In this document: in pieces, positions 18,476 through 29,183 of the stretch | Position numbering within the stretch: position 1 is the first letter of the stretch | How the letters are laid out: every line of letters begins with the position of its first letter | IMG/VR virus record: IMGVR_UViG_3300037067_009128 | Span: 1 to 64,000 of that record | Length of the DNA: 64,000 nt | Reading direction: 5' to 3' (one strand) | DNA from: a virus | Lineage: Duplodnaviria > Caudoviricetes | The notes under the pieces: generated by a model | Databases searched by the model: none | Seen by the model: the letters and a program-made list of their open reading frames with translations, nothing else | Told to the model about the DNA's origin: nothing | Translations under genes and position numbers: made by a program

Positions 18476-20107
18476 ATGTCAAAAACAGTTTTTATTTGTA
18501 GAGATGAATATGGTAATCCTATTATTGATACTATTTCTGTAACATTAGTATCTAATCCTGGTGGGGTTGTTTATACAAGTATTTTAAGTCCAGTTACAGG
18601 TAATAATAATGGGTTAAGAATTTTTACAGATGTTACTGCAGGGGATTATGATTTAAAATATGATGGTACAATACAACAGGATTTAAGTCCAGCTTATATT
18701 CCAGGACCAATAACTGCTACTCCTGATATAGATCCTGGAAGTATTGGGGCTACTGAATTAGCAAATAATGCTGTTACAGAAGATAAAATTGCTGATGATT
18801 CAATTTCTGATGGTAAACTTAAATCTGATTCAGTAACTGAGAACAAAATTTCTAATGCCGCAGTCACAGGTAATAAGATTGCTGATGGGGCAATCTTAAA
18901 AGTTAAATTAGGTAATAATGTATTTTCTTCAAGAATGACAGATTTAGGTAATGGTTTTGAAGTTAAAGTTGATGATTTAACAATATCATATAATGCTTCA
19001 AATGAGTTACAAATTAAACCAGGTTCAATCAGTACAGATAAAATTGCAGACTTAGGAATTACTTCAGATAAACTTGTTAATAATAGTGTTATAACAAATA
19101 AAATAAATAACTATGCAGTTACATCAATAAAGATAGGTACTTCAGCAATAATTGCTGAGAAAATTGCTAACCAAGCAGTAACAAGTGAAAAAATTCAAGA
19201 TTTATCAATAACTGCTGATAAAATGGATCCTGAATTAGTTGCCTCTTTAAGATTAGAAGTTAATAGATCACCGTTGAATTTTGCTTGGGTAAGTCCTACA
19301 TTTGCAGAAACAGGTGATGATCCATATTTTTCTGATTTGCAAAGTGCAATAAATTATTTACAAGGGTCAGAATACGGAGGTACTGGAGTTATTTATTTAT
19401 ACCCAGGGACTTACTTAGGTCCATTCACAATTTCTGGAGATATATCAATTATAGGTTTTGGAAGATCTAAGTCTATACTACAATTGACACCAACAACTAT
19501 CAATAAAACTCTTATAAATATGGATGAATCTTTTAATGTTAATTTGTCATTACAAAATTTAAGAGTACAAGTACTATCTGGATTTTCAGCATATGCAACT
19601 CCTATAAGTTTAATAAGAAAATTAGGTGATCTTGAGAGTACATTATCAATAGATAATTGTATATTAAGTGTAACAGGATATTCAGGAGGAAGTTCTGGTT
19701 TACATGCTTATTGTTTATATGCAAAAGATCTAAATGGTGAAATTACTAATAGTAGATTATTTGCTCAAGGAGGAACTGGAAGTTCTCAAGGGGGAAATGG
19801 AATTAATCTTTATGTGAGTCAACAATATCAAGAAACTATTTTAAATCTTACAAATTGTGATTTACAAGCATTAAAAGGGTCTCCTAATGGTAAAGGTTAT
19901 AATTATAAAAAAGATAATAAAGAAGTAAAGATTTATTTTAATGGTTGTCGATTAAGTAGTAGTGATAATAATTTAGAATCTGTTCAAACTGAAGTAACTC
20001 CTAATACTTCACTAATTAATACTATTTACTCAACAGGTATTAGTAGTAATATAATGAATACATATTTCCATAATTCAATTAAAACTAATGCTGCTATAGA
20101 GGATTAA
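18476..20107 (+). CDS. Tail fibre/spike: (S/A)VTxxKI repeats plus beta-helix head
   Basis: Many AVTEDKIADDS-type 10-aa repeats; LQSAINY..G..IYLYPGTY..ISIIGFG pectin-lyase-like start. Confidence 0.75.
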   Translation: MSKTVFICRDEYGNPIIDTISVTLVSNPGGVVYTSILSPVTGNNNGLRIFTDVTAGDYDLKYDGTIQQDLSPAYIPGPITATPDIDPGSIGATELANNAVTEDKIADDSISDGKLKSDSVTENKISNAAVTGNKIADGAILKVKLGNNVFSSRMTDLGNGFEVKVDDLTISYNASNELQIKPGSISTDKIADLGITSDKLVNNSVITNKINNYAVTSIKIGTSAIIAEKIANQAVTSEKIQDLSITADKMDPELVASLRLEVNRSPLNFAWVSPTFAETGDDPYFSDLQSAINYLQGSEYGGTGVIYLYPGTYLGPFTISGDISIIGFGRSKSILQLTPTTINKTLINMDESFNVNLSLQNLRVQVLSGFSAYATPISLIRKLGDLESTLSIDNCILSVTGYSGGSSGLHAYCLYAKDLNGEITNSRLFAQGGTGSSQGGNGINLYVSQQYQETILNLTNCDLQALKGSPNGKGYNYKKDNKEVKIYFNGCRLSSSDNNLESVQTEVTPNTSLINTIYSTGISSNIMNTYFHNSIKTNAAIED

Positions 20108-23100
20108 ATGAGAGAATTAGATGAAAGAATAATACCTTATAATGATGGAACTGCTAGTGAACTATTTAGAGGAATAGATAAAAGTAATATTTCTAATTTT
20201 TGGAATGAGCCTTTCCCAGAAGATTTAGTTACAGAAAATGGTAATATAGCTAATTTTAATAAAACTTATAATAAAAAACAAACTTCTTTATTTAATAGAA
20301 AGTGTTCAATAAAATTAGAAGTAGGATTATCTAATGGGAATATTGAAGAGCATAATATAGGTAATTTTATCATATCTGGTTTAGAAGATGATGATGATGA
20401 TTCAGTTCAATTAAAATTAGAAGATTTAGTTAAATCATTAACATCAATTTCTGCTGAAAAAGTTAAATCTGGTTATCAATGGTATAGAAATATTCCATTA
20501 AAGATTTTAGTTGAAGAGTTAATTAAAACTAAATACTTTGATGTAAGGAATGGTGAAATACCTCGAGATTTTATTATAGAAGGATCAAGATTAGCAAATT
20601 TCAATAGTGAATTAATTCTATCAACTCTAGGAAAACCTCCCGGATTTTCTAGATTGTATACATCATTTGAAAATCAATTAACAAAAACTAGAGTTATCTG
20701 TAAAGCTAATATTGATGGTAATGGTGAGAAATTATATCTAGGGATAGATAATCAATTATGGTATTATGATGAATTAGTAGGGATATATGTTCACATAGAT
20801 AATATATTTGGAAGTTTTCCAGAAAAAACATTTAATATAAAAAAATTATGGTTTAATAATGAGTCTGAGATTGTTGATAGAGCTATATATGGAATTGCTA
20901 TACCAGATGAAGAGCTTGTTAACAGTGAAATGGGAGATATAGATCTTAACATTCAATATAGTTGTCCTATAGGGAATGAGTTTATAATATTTAAAGCTAC
21001 AAATGATGCAATCACAGTATTATTTGATTCTTCTAATAATTCACATTTTAATAATACACCGGGATTTAAATCTAAATTATTTACAGGAGAATACCATATA
21101 GTTCCTCCATTTTTTAAAGGTGTAAAATCAACTTATGAGAAATGGAGAACTATTAATACTGCTATTGAAGTTAATGCATTGCAAGAAGTATTAAAAGAAA
21201 TAAGTCATCAAGCTATGTCTAATATTGGTATGTTTAATGGAATTGGGACAATCATGAGTGAAGCTGGAGTTACTTATTATCCAGGTTTTTCTGAAAATAT
21301 TACTATTCCATTTGTTCAAAGTGTTGGTTTTATTTGTAATAAAAATCCTATGTCTATTATGCCTACTTGGGGAGAAGGATTAAAATATAGTAGAGAGAGA
21401 TTAAAATTTGGTATTAATGAATATTGGGAAGAAGGTTCTTGGTTAAACAGTGATATTCTTTTATTACATTCAAGACCTAGAACTATTATTTATATGGATA
21501 AAACTTTAAACAAAATTAATCAAAAGTTTGATAGAGATAATTATGATTCTAAAGTTAATTTTATAATTTCAACTACATCATACACAAATAAACCTGATAG
21601 TGATAGATTATTTGATAGTTTATTCCCAGCAATTGATTATGATACTACAAATAAATTACTAAGATCTGATAACTTTGGTTATAAATTCCATCCAGGATAT
21701 TTTAGTTGGTATGATGAAAGTATAATATATAATAAGAATCCTTATTATACAACAAATGATTGGAAAAATATTGCTTGGCCTTGGTTAAAATATACTTCCG
21801 GTCAATCAGGGTGTAATGCTTATTTACCTAATTATGGTAATAAAGGTGGAATTTTCATGGTTATGTTTGATAAAACTGATAAAAATGGAAATTCAATTAG
21901 TTATGAGAAAAATCAAATTCCTTATGATTTTCATAGAAGATGTATTACTCAAGAAGATATCACAGATTATTCTTTAAGTAATGCAAATTTAACAGATGCT
22001 GATCCAAGAGAAATAAGATTTAGATACTTTGTATTTGATTTAGAAACATTAACTTTTGATGAAAAAACATCATTAAAAACATCACTAGTAAGAACTACAA
22101 ATTCTCAAATTTATCCTATGCAACCTACATGTATTGCTGTTGATATAGACAATAATGATATATATTTAGGATTGACAAGCTTTACTAATAAAAATAGTTA
22201 CTATGATGGATACCCTTTTCATTATTCTCATATAAATAAATTAACTATTACAAAATCAACCATAGCATCTACTAATATTTATACAACTGATGATGATATT
22301 TTTACAGAAATGCAGGTTATAAGTAATGGTACTACTAAAAGATTACTTATTTCTGGGTATAATAAATCTAAAGTAATAAAAGAGGAATCAGGTGGAGTTG
22401 TAATAGATAAATGTTTTTTTCTTGCTACACATGATTTAATAAATAACGCATTAAATTTATTAATAATTCAACAAAGTAATTACAGTTTATATCAATATAA
22501 AAATTTAACTAAAAGTTTAGATTTTAATAAAAGTTTATATGTATTAACACCTAAAGACAGAGATGAAAGAAGTAATGGTTGTGATTTATATAAATTAACA
22601 TTTAATGATTTATTTGAATGTGAATCTTTTGAATCTTTAGGTGACATTGAACAGATTGTTTCAAAAGACTCAAATGTATTATCTAATTTAGAATTAATCA
22701 AATATAATAATGCTCAAGAAACTATTTTTGGAACATCAAGTGGATATTATAATTCTCCTATCAATAAAATTGATAGTAAAAATCATTTATGGAAATATGA
22801 TGCATTTATTGCAGGTATTATAGAATTAGCCGATATGAGTGGATTAAAAGTCTGGGATGCAATATCAAGTTTAGCTGAAGGTTTTAATCATTTAACAGGA
22901 TTCTCTGGAGAATCATTTTTCTTTGTACCTAAATCAATATCAAGTGAACCTGATATTATTTTTGATTTAGATCTAGACACTGTAATTTCTTGTAAAAAAA
23001 CACAAGACTCAGAAGTTAAAAATATTTTAAGAGTAGTACCTAATAGAGTTTCAAAAGGTGATGTAACATGGGAAATTATTTTAGCTAATAACGAGGCTCC

Positions 23101-24376
23101 TGCTAATCCTTTAACTGGTGAGATTCTAGTTGATGAAGGAAGAGAAAATCTTGAACTTGATATGAAAGTTAGACAAGATGATGATTTAACAAAAGATATC
23201 ATACTACAAGTAATTGAGAAAGGTATCATACCTTATGGAAGTACATCTACTAATTTAAGAATGGGTTATTTAATCTACAACACAGTCATTGAAAGTAAAA
23301 CAGTAAAAAATATTGGTGAGTATGATACAGAAATTTATTTACCATCTTTTTTTGGAACTAATGTTGAGGAACAATTAGGGATAGGAGATGTAATTGCTGT
23401 TAGTATTGAAGATGATAATGAAGAACAAATAACTCAAATTTATAGAGAAATAAAAGAAGTAGACTTTTCAAGAAATATTGTTGTTATTAATGAAGCATTT
23501 CATAGAGAGATCGAAGCTTATACTCCTTTATCAATTTATAGATCATTTATTACAAATCCTTCTAGTCCTTTAAGAAATAATTCTTGGAGTAATCAGGGTG
23601 TTACTTATTTAATAGATGGAATTTTTAATACAGGAGAAGATGGAACATATGTTGAGGTTTCATCTATTCAACATTTAAGTGTAAATACTGTTGTTAAGTT
23701 TGGTAATTTAAATAGTGAATATAAAATCATAAACAAAAGAACAACTTCTGATCATAAAAATTATATATACATAGAATTTTATAATGGTTCAAATACATTT
23801 CCATCAGGTGATCTTGCGAACACTGTGGTAAGAGCGTTTTGGGTACCTATGGTTAATCAATTAAATGAAGTAGGTGGGTCTAAAGTTTTTGTTGGTTTCA
23901 CAGAAGAGAGTAGAGGATCATTTTGGGTAAATTCAAAAGGCTCAGATAAGATAGAAATAAAATGTCCTGGTTTAAAAGTGGAACAAGATTCAAAATCAAC
24001 ATTAACATTAGTAGATAATGATTCCTTGAATATATATGGAGAATTTGAAGATTCTATAGATGATAACAGATTTATTTCAATCAATTTATTAGAACATTTA
24101 ACTAGAACTCAGCTTAATTGGTCATCAAAACCTAAGTATTCATTTAAAATCACTGATGTTATTCAAGGTATGAATAGAGGAGGAGAATACTACAATATCC
24201 CTCAAATTTCTGTTATGAATACAAAAGATAGAAGATTATATAAGGTAAGACTTGTAAGCAAGAAGAGGTTTGCAAGATATCCAGGTTATTATGTAGATAC
24301 TTACATAACCTCTCATGATTTTAATTTATCAACATTTAGGCAGGATTTAAGTCTACGAGCTTTAGACCCATATTGA
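20108..24376 (+). CDS. Large tail tip / baseplate hub protein
   Basis: 1422 aa; IGNFIISGL..LKLEDL, VWDAISSLAE..FFFVPK and DNDSLNIYGE hub-like motifs. Confidence 0.65.
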   Translation: MRELDERIIPYNDGTASELFRGIDKSNISNFWNEPFPEDLVTENGNIANFNKTYNKKQTSLFNRKCSIKLEVGLSNGNIEEHNIGNFIISGLEDDDDDSVQLKLEDLVKSLTSISAEKVKSGYQWYRNIPLKILVEELIKTKYFDVRNGEIPRDFIIEGSRLANFNSELILSTLGKPPGFSRLYTSFENQLTKTRVICKANIDGNGEKLYLGIDNQLWYYDELVGIYVHIDNIFGSFPEKTFNIKKLWFNNESEIVDRAIYGIAIPDEELVNSEMGDIDLNIQYSCPIGNEFIIFKATNDAITVLFDSSNNSHFNNTPGFKSKLFTGEYHIVPPFFKGVKSTYEKWRTINTAIEVNALQEVLKEISHQAMSNIGMFNGIGTIMSEAGVTYYPGFSENITIPFVQSVGFICNKNPMSIMPTWGEGLKYSRERLKFGINEYWEEGSWLNSDILLLHSRPRTIIYMDKTLNKINQKFDRDNYDSKVNFIISTTSYTNKPDSDRLFDSLFPAIDYDTTNKLLRSDNFGYKFHPGYFSWYDESIIYNKNPYYTTNDWKNIAWPWLKYTSGQSGCNAYLPNYGNKGGIFMVMFDKTDKNGNSISYEKNQIPYDFHRRCITQEDITDYSLSNANLTDADPREIRFRYFVFDLETLTFDEKTSLKTSLVRTTNSQIYPMQPTCIAVDIDNNDIYLGLTSFTNKNSYYDGYPFHYSHINKLTITKSTIASTNIYTTDDDIFTEMQVISNGTTKRLLISGYNKSKVIKEESGGVVIDKCFFLATHDLINNALNLLIIQQSNYSLYQYKNLTKSLDFNKSLYVLTPKDRDERSNGCDLYKLTFNDLFECESFESLGDIEQIVSKDSNVLSNLELIKYNNAQETIFGTSSGYYNSPINKIDSKNHLWKYDAFIAGIIELADMSGLKVWDAISSLAEGFNHLTGFSGESFFFVPKSISSEPDIIFDLDLDTVISCKKTQDSEVKNILRVVPNRVSKGDVTWEIILANNEAPANPLTGEILVDEGRENLELDMKVRQDDDLTKDIILQVIEKGIIPYGSTSTNLRMGYLIYNTVIESKTVKNIGEYDTEIYLPSFFGTNVEEQLGIGDVIAVSIEDDNEEQITQIYREIKEVDFSRNIVVINEAFHREIEAYTPLSIYRSFITNPSSPLRNNSWSNQGVTYLIDGIFNTGEDGTYVEVSSIQHLSVNTVVKFGNLNSEYKIINKRTTSDHKNYIYIEFYNGSNTFPSGDLANTVVRAFWVPMVNQLNEVGGSKVFVGFTEESRGSFWVNSKGSDKIEIKCPGLKVEQDSKSTLTLVDNDSLNIYGEFEDSIDDNRFISINLLEHLTRTQLNWSSKPKYSFKITDVIQGMNRGGEYYNIPQISVMNTKDRRLYKVRLVSKKRFARYPGYYVDTYITSHDFNLSTFRQDLSLRALDPY

Positions 24377-25490
24377 TTTTATAATATTTATCTATCATAA
24401 AATCAACAGCTTTCATAACATGAAGAGCATTTATTTTTTCTAAACATGGTGATAATTGAGTTTTAGTTAATTGAGCTAAATTACAAGGCATAAATCCATG
24501 TTGAAAACAATTACCATTCTCATTCTTACTATAAGGGCAATTTGTTTGAGAATCTATCCCAATTGCTCTTTCATAATATTCCATTCTTAATACAGAAGGG
24601 AATGGCCCAAATAATCCTATTACTGGAATGCCATGATATCCTGCAAAATGTAAAATCCCTGAATCTGGGCCTATTAAGATATGAGGAGGTTTAATTTGTA
24701 ATAAATAATTCATTGTTTGATTTAAATCATTTGAAAGATAAGGATTGATTAAAAGATTTGGACTATATCTGTTAATCATAACACCAGTTTCTCTTATATC
24801 TTTCTCATCAGATTTAGTACCTAAAATAGTTAACTCATATTTATCAGGGTCAAGTCTTACCCCTATTTCCCACCAAAGATTTGGATGAATATTTCTTATT
24901 ATAGAACCTGAAGAGAATTGAATTACAATATGAAACTTTGTATTTCTATTTTGTTTAACAGGTAAATTCGAATATAAAACATCCCTTTTAATTCCATCAA
25001 AAAATGATTCTGCTATATCATAAGCATTGGTTATTTCTGCATCTAAATTATTCTCAATAAAATCTTCAAAGAAAATAATTCTATCATACTTACTTAATTC
25101 ACAAAGTTCTATAGGATCAGTAATTTTATGATCAATACAATCAGAAATATCTAAAATTGGGAGATTATGATTCATAGTACAAAATGTAATTTCAATACTT
25201 GGGTTTACTCTTTTAATAGCTGAAAGGTATGGTAATATGAAAAGTATATCACCTATTCCTCCAGGTCTATAGATTAAAAGACTCTTTGCTTCTATTAAAG
25301 GTTTTTGAATTTGATTAAGACTGTGAATTTTTTCTAATGATTTTATTTTAGGTTGATACATCGTCTTTAAGCTAACTGATATACTTTCATTAATCAAATA
25401 TTCTCTATCTTTTTTGATATTATAAATAAACCCAGTTCCGGGATTTTGTATAATAGTGTCTTCTGACACTACAATTGAATACATATTCAT
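24336..25490 (-). CDS. Glycosyltransferase family 9 (heptosyltransferase-like)
   Basis: RPGGIGDILF, IGPDSGILHFAG, PVIGLFGP motifs. Confidence 0.85.
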   Translation of the reverse strand: MNMYSIVVSEDTIIQNPGTGFIYNIKKDREYLINESISVSLKTMYQPKIKSLEKIHSLNQIQKPLIEAKSLLIYRPGGIGDILFILPYLSAIKRVNPSIEITFCTMNHNLPILDISDCIDHKITDPIELCELSKYDRIIFFEDFIENNLDAEITNAYDIAESFFDGIKRDVLYSNLPVKQNRNTKFHIVIQFSSGSIIRNIHPNLWWEIGVRLDPDKYELTILGTKSDEKDIRETGVMINRYSPNLLINPYLSNDLNQTMNYLLQIKPPHILIGPDSGILHFAGYHGIPVIGLFGPFPSVLRMEYYERAIGIDSQTNCPYSKNENGNCFQHGFMPCNLAQLTKTQLSPCLEKINALHVMKAVDFMIDKYYKINMGLKLVDLNPA

Positions 25491-25705
25491 ATTGATTGAA
25501 CTCCTTCTTCTTTAGAATAATGAGTAAATAAAATTTCAGATTCTTCAAGATTGACTTCATGTAATCTTTCAGTTACTAATTCATTGTATGTTGCTTTAGA
25601 TTTGTTAGGTAATAATTCAACTAATGTTTCAATCATTATTTGATTCTCCCAATTAGTATTACCTATTGGTTTGTTTACTAATTGTGGTTTTACAGATAGA
25701 CTCAT
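25487..25705 (-). CDS. Hypothetical protein
   Basis: ATGA-coupled on both sides; GGAG RBS. Confidence 0.55.
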   Translation of the reverse strand: MSLSVKPQLVNKPIGNTNWENQIMIETLVELLPNKSKATYNELVTERLHEVNLEESEILFTHYSKEEGVQSI

Positions 25706-26244
25706 AGTATCTCCTTAAAATAAGTTTCGGTTGCTTTATGTTTTTTCAAAATTCTTAATAACATTGAATTGTGAATCTTTATGAATGGTTTTTCCATCCC
25801 AGGTCTAGATTCAAGTATTCCCCAGATATTGGATTTAGTTCCTTGATATAAAATCATTCTATAACCTGTTTGAATAGATTTAATACCTTTTCTTAAACAT
25901 TCAAGATCATTTAAACAAAGTTTTATATCTTTAAAAAAATCATCAGTAAAAATTGGACTTCCAATATTATCTCTTTCTACAAATTCTTCTTTTTGTTCTG
26001 GTTTTACAAATAAACCATGTTCTAATTTAATTTGAGTAGAATCAGCAATTTTAATATCAGTTACAATATCATTATTTACTTCTAATATACCAGTTATATC
26101 TTTTTCATTGCCTACATCAACAAGATTCTCACTTTTTATAGTATTGTTGATAATAGCTTCAGGTTTAACAATTTTAGATTCTTTAATTTTTGAAGCTTTC
26201 TTTTCCTCTTTATTCTTTTTTATTAACATTGGTGATGATAACAT
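25702..26244 (-). CDS. Hypothetical protein
   Basis: AAGGAG RBS; 180 aa ORF. Confidence 0.6.
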   Translation of the reverse strand: MLSSPMLIKKNKEEKKASKIKESKIVKPEAIINNTIKSENLVDVGNEKDITGILEVNNDIVTDIKIADSTQIKLEHGLFVKPEQKEEFVERDNIGSPIFTDDFFKDIKLCLNDLECLRKGIKSIQTGYRMILYQGTKSNIWGILESRPGMEKPFIKIHNSMLLRILKKHKATETYFKEIL

Positions 26245-26355
26245 TTAATTCTCCTTATGAATTTGTAGTTTTTAAATTTGGAATTTATCAATTACAATCA
26301 TAAAAACTCTTGTGTAAAATCTTAAGATTCTCTATGATTTAAATTTTTATCAATT

Positions 26356-28548
26356 TTATTGTATCAACTTGATTGTTGAATTATTGTTTTTTCTTATAAC
26401 TTTTATTATATACTCAAATGAGTTCATAAGATCATTATTGTGAGAAATAACAAATTTCAATCCAGTAATTGATTTTAGTAAATTAAACAACATTTCTACG
26501 CCAGAAGCATCTAACCCATCTAAAACCTCATCCCATAGAGTAAATCCTATGTTGATATTAGAATCTAAAGCTATATCTCTTAATGCTAATCCGGCAGCAA
26601 TACCTATTCTTGTTGATTGACCTTGACTAAATAACTTTAATGGGAATGTTTCCCCTGAATCCTCTGTTATATTTAAACTCAAACCATTGGAATCTACATT
26701 TACTTTATATTCAACATTAATATTAGTTCCCATTTTTTCAAGGTTATCATTAGTAGCAAATTCTAATTGAGGTTCTATGTCTAATAATTCAGTATTTTTA
26801 ATCTTTTTATAACCCTTAGACCAGTAATCATACAATTCTTTTTTAGACTTTAATTCATCTAAAGTTTTTTCATAATTCTTTATTTGGTTTAAGTAATCAT
26901 TTTGATTTTTGATAGTATTGTTATAGTTAGTTATCATAAATTTATAAGAATTTATGTCAGAGTATATGGATTCCAAATCTTCATCGATTAAAGGATTATT
27001 ATCAACTTGTTTCTCTAATTTATGTAAAACATCTTGTATCTCAAGAAATTCTTTCAATACTGTAGAATATTCTTCAAAATTATCATAAAATACACAATCA
27101 CCTTCATCTCCTGCAATTTGTATATCTTTTATAATATAATATAAGCCATCTTCATTTAAATATAAATAACTAAAATTCTCATTCTCTAATTTAAGTTTTA
27201 AATCATTTTGTTTATTTTTTAACGTTGTTTGTAAACTTGTTAATTCTAATTGCTTAGTATACATTTTTTGTTTTTCATCTTTAAGCTTTCGTTTATCTTC
27301 ATTTATCTTAGTTATTTCTTTATCAAGTAAATCTTTTTCACCTATTAATTTTTTATATTTATTTTGTTTAGTTTTTATTTCTTTATCAGATAACTTCTTA
27401 TTATGAGGTATCAATAGATTATTATTTAGTGTTAATTCAGCTTTACAACATGGGCATTCTAAAGTAGATGTTAACTCTAATTGTTCAATTGAAAAAGTTA
27501 AAGACTCAAGATCAGAATTAATTTTATTAAGAGTTTTATTAATCTCATCTGCTTTAGTCTCTAAAACTTGAATTTCTAAATCTTTTTTAGAAATATCTAA
27601 AACTTCAAAATTATTTATTTTTTCTTGAACAGTTTTAATTTCACAATTTAAAGTATTAATACTTTCTGTAAATGATTCTAAACTTTCAATAAATGAATCT
27701 ATAGTTGTTTTGATATTTTCAAGTTCTTTTTCTTTTAATTTATACTCAGAATCTTTAGAATTATACTCATTCTTTAATTCTAAGAATGCAGAAATTTGTT
27801 TAACTTTTTCTTCTAATTCTTTTATTTTAATAGAACATTCTTCATTCTTTTTCAGTAATAATTTTTCATCAAATGTTTCATCTACAAATTGTTTTGTAGC
27901 TTCTATTTGAGAATTTGTCTTTTCAATATCTTCTTTAGTAGTTTTTAAATCTTTTGAAGTTTCATCTACTGCTCCATCCCATATTTCTAATTTTTTGAAT
28001 CTAGAAACTATTTCCATTCTTTTAGAATCAGAACAATTTTTAGATGCAAACTCTTTTGTTAACTCTCCTGAAAAATAAAAACTGTTTAAGAAATCATTAA
28101 AATAAACTTTCTTTTTCCCACCAATTCCTATTAATGAAAAGAATTTATCCTTTTTTACAGAATCTGTATTTCCTTTATATTCATTATCATTAATCCATAA
28201 ATTGAATGATTTTGAAGATTTAGTTTTGATATTTTGGATTCTAACTTTTTCACCTGTATTTAGTGTTACTTGTCCTTCTACAAATGCACGTTTACACTTT
28301 CTGTTTATAACATCATCTTTTGATACTTCTGATCCTTCAACCTGAACAGGAATCATATCAAAAAATAACCATGCAAGTATATTAAGGAAACTTGATTTTC
28401 CCGATGCATTTGAAACATATCCACCATTAGAATCTAAGTTTTCACCAAGAACACCAACAAGGGCATCTTCTGGTAATTGAGAAAGATCTATCTCTTGTCT
28501 ATCTCTAAATAATAAAAATCCTTCTACTATTAGTTTTGTTAATTTCAT
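26356..28548 (-). CDS. sbcC: Rad50/SbcC-like ATPase (gp46-like)
   Basis: SNASGKSS Walker A, CPCC zinc hook in coiled coil, FSQGQ signature, WDEVLDGLD, ISH. Confidence 0.9.
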   Translation of the reverse strand: MKLTKLIVEGFLLFRDRQEIDLSQLPEDALVGVLGENLDSNGGYVSNASGKSSFLNILAWLFFDMIPVQVEGSEVSKDDVINRKCKRAFVEGQVTLNTGEKVRIQNIKTKSSKSFNLWINDNEYKGNTDSVKKDKFFSLIGIGGKKKVYFNDFLNSFYFSGELTKEFASKNCSDSKRMEIVSRFKKLEIWDGAVDETSKDLKTTKEDIEKTNSQIEATKQFVDETFDEKLLLKKNEECSIKIKELEEKVKQISAFLELKNEYNSKDSEYKLKEKELENIKTTIDSFIESLESFTESINTLNCEIKTVQEKINNFEVLDISKKDLEIQVLETKADEINKTLNKINSDLESLTFSIEQLELTSTLECPCCKAELTLNNNLLIPHNKKLSDKEIKTKQNKYKKLIGEKDLLDKEITKINEDKRKLKDEKQKMYTKQLELTSLQTTLKNKQNDLKLKLENENFSYLYLNEDGLYYIIKDIQIAGDEGDCVFYDNFEEYSTVLKEFLEIQDVLHKLEKQVDNNPLIDEDLESIYSDINSYKFMITNYNNTIKNQNDYLNQIKNYEKTLDELKSKKELYDYWSKGYKKIKNTELLDIEPQLEFATNDNLEKMGTNINVEYKVNVDSNGLSLNITEDSGETFPLKLFSQGQSTRIGIAAGLALRDIALDSNINIGFTLWDEVLDGLDASGVEMLFNLLKSITGLKFVISHNNDLMNSFEYIIKVIRKNNNSTIKLIQ

Positions 28549-28961
28549 AATATTGTATTTCTTATTTCCATTAAAATTTCACCTAATTTATTTTTTCCAA
28601 CTCCGTGTGACATTCCCCAATAAGTATCACCCCACCAATTACCTTCAATTAAAATTGAATTACCTGTTTTTAGTAGTAATTCCTTTAGTTCTTTATTTCT
28701 AGTGAATTTATCTTTGCAAATTACAAACATAATTTGATCTTTTATTACTTCCCAATCATCTCTTAAATATAAGCTTCTACCTAATGCTTTAGCATTACTG
28801 GGTTTCATTAAAGTAAATGGTGTTCTTAAAATCATATTTTTAGTTTTAGCAGATTGAAATGCTGCTTCATTATTAGTATATAATAGTCCTTCATACATAA
28901 CAGGAGCTAAATAAAAATTACTCAAGAATCTATAAGGTCCTTCAAATCTATCTATTATCAT
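28545..28961 (-). CDS. NADAR family (YbiA-like) hydrolase
   Basis: FLSNFY, EAAFQSAK, AKALGR, LRDDW, KF, LLKTG..LIEGNWWGDTYWG, GKNKLGEILM. Confidence 0.9.
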   Translation of the reverse strand: MIIDRFEGPYRFLSNFYLAPVMYEGLLYTNNEAAFQSAKTKNMILRTPFTLMKPSNAKALGRSLYLRDDWEVIKDQIMFVICKDKFTRNKELKELLLKTGNSILIEGNWWGDTYWGMSHGVGKNKLGEILMEIRNTIL

Positions 28962-29182
28962 TACATCTCTTTAATTTTAAGAATATCAATATTAAATTTT
29001 TCCATTATTTGAACTGCAGTATAGTAATTATTTTTACCTAAATTAAATTGTTCATAAGCATCTTCATATACTATTATATATAAATCTTCAAATCCAGTTT
29101 TAATTATATGTATAAGTTCAGGACAAAATTCCCCTTCACAGAATTGAAATGTTCTACAATTACTTTTTATTTCAGTTAACAT
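28961..29182 (-). CDS. Hypothetical protein
   Basis: Translationally coupled ORF with GGAG RBS. Confidence 0.55.
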   Translation of the reverse strand: MLTEIKSNCRTFQFCEGEFCPELIHIIKTGFEDLYIIVYEDAYEQFNLGKNNYYTAVQIMEKFNIDILKIKEM

Positions 29183-29183
29183 T

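Noticed and set aside
18740-19230. Repeats in the fibre gene as a possible DGR or CRISPR-like array
   Set aside because: Protein-level VTxxKI repeats with degenerate DNA; no reverse transcriptase, TR/VR pair or spacer structure seen
26296-26339. Palindrome aatcttaagatt (26318-26329) within an imperfect inverted repeat in a 110-bp gap
   Set aside because: AT-rich, single occurrence, plausible by chance
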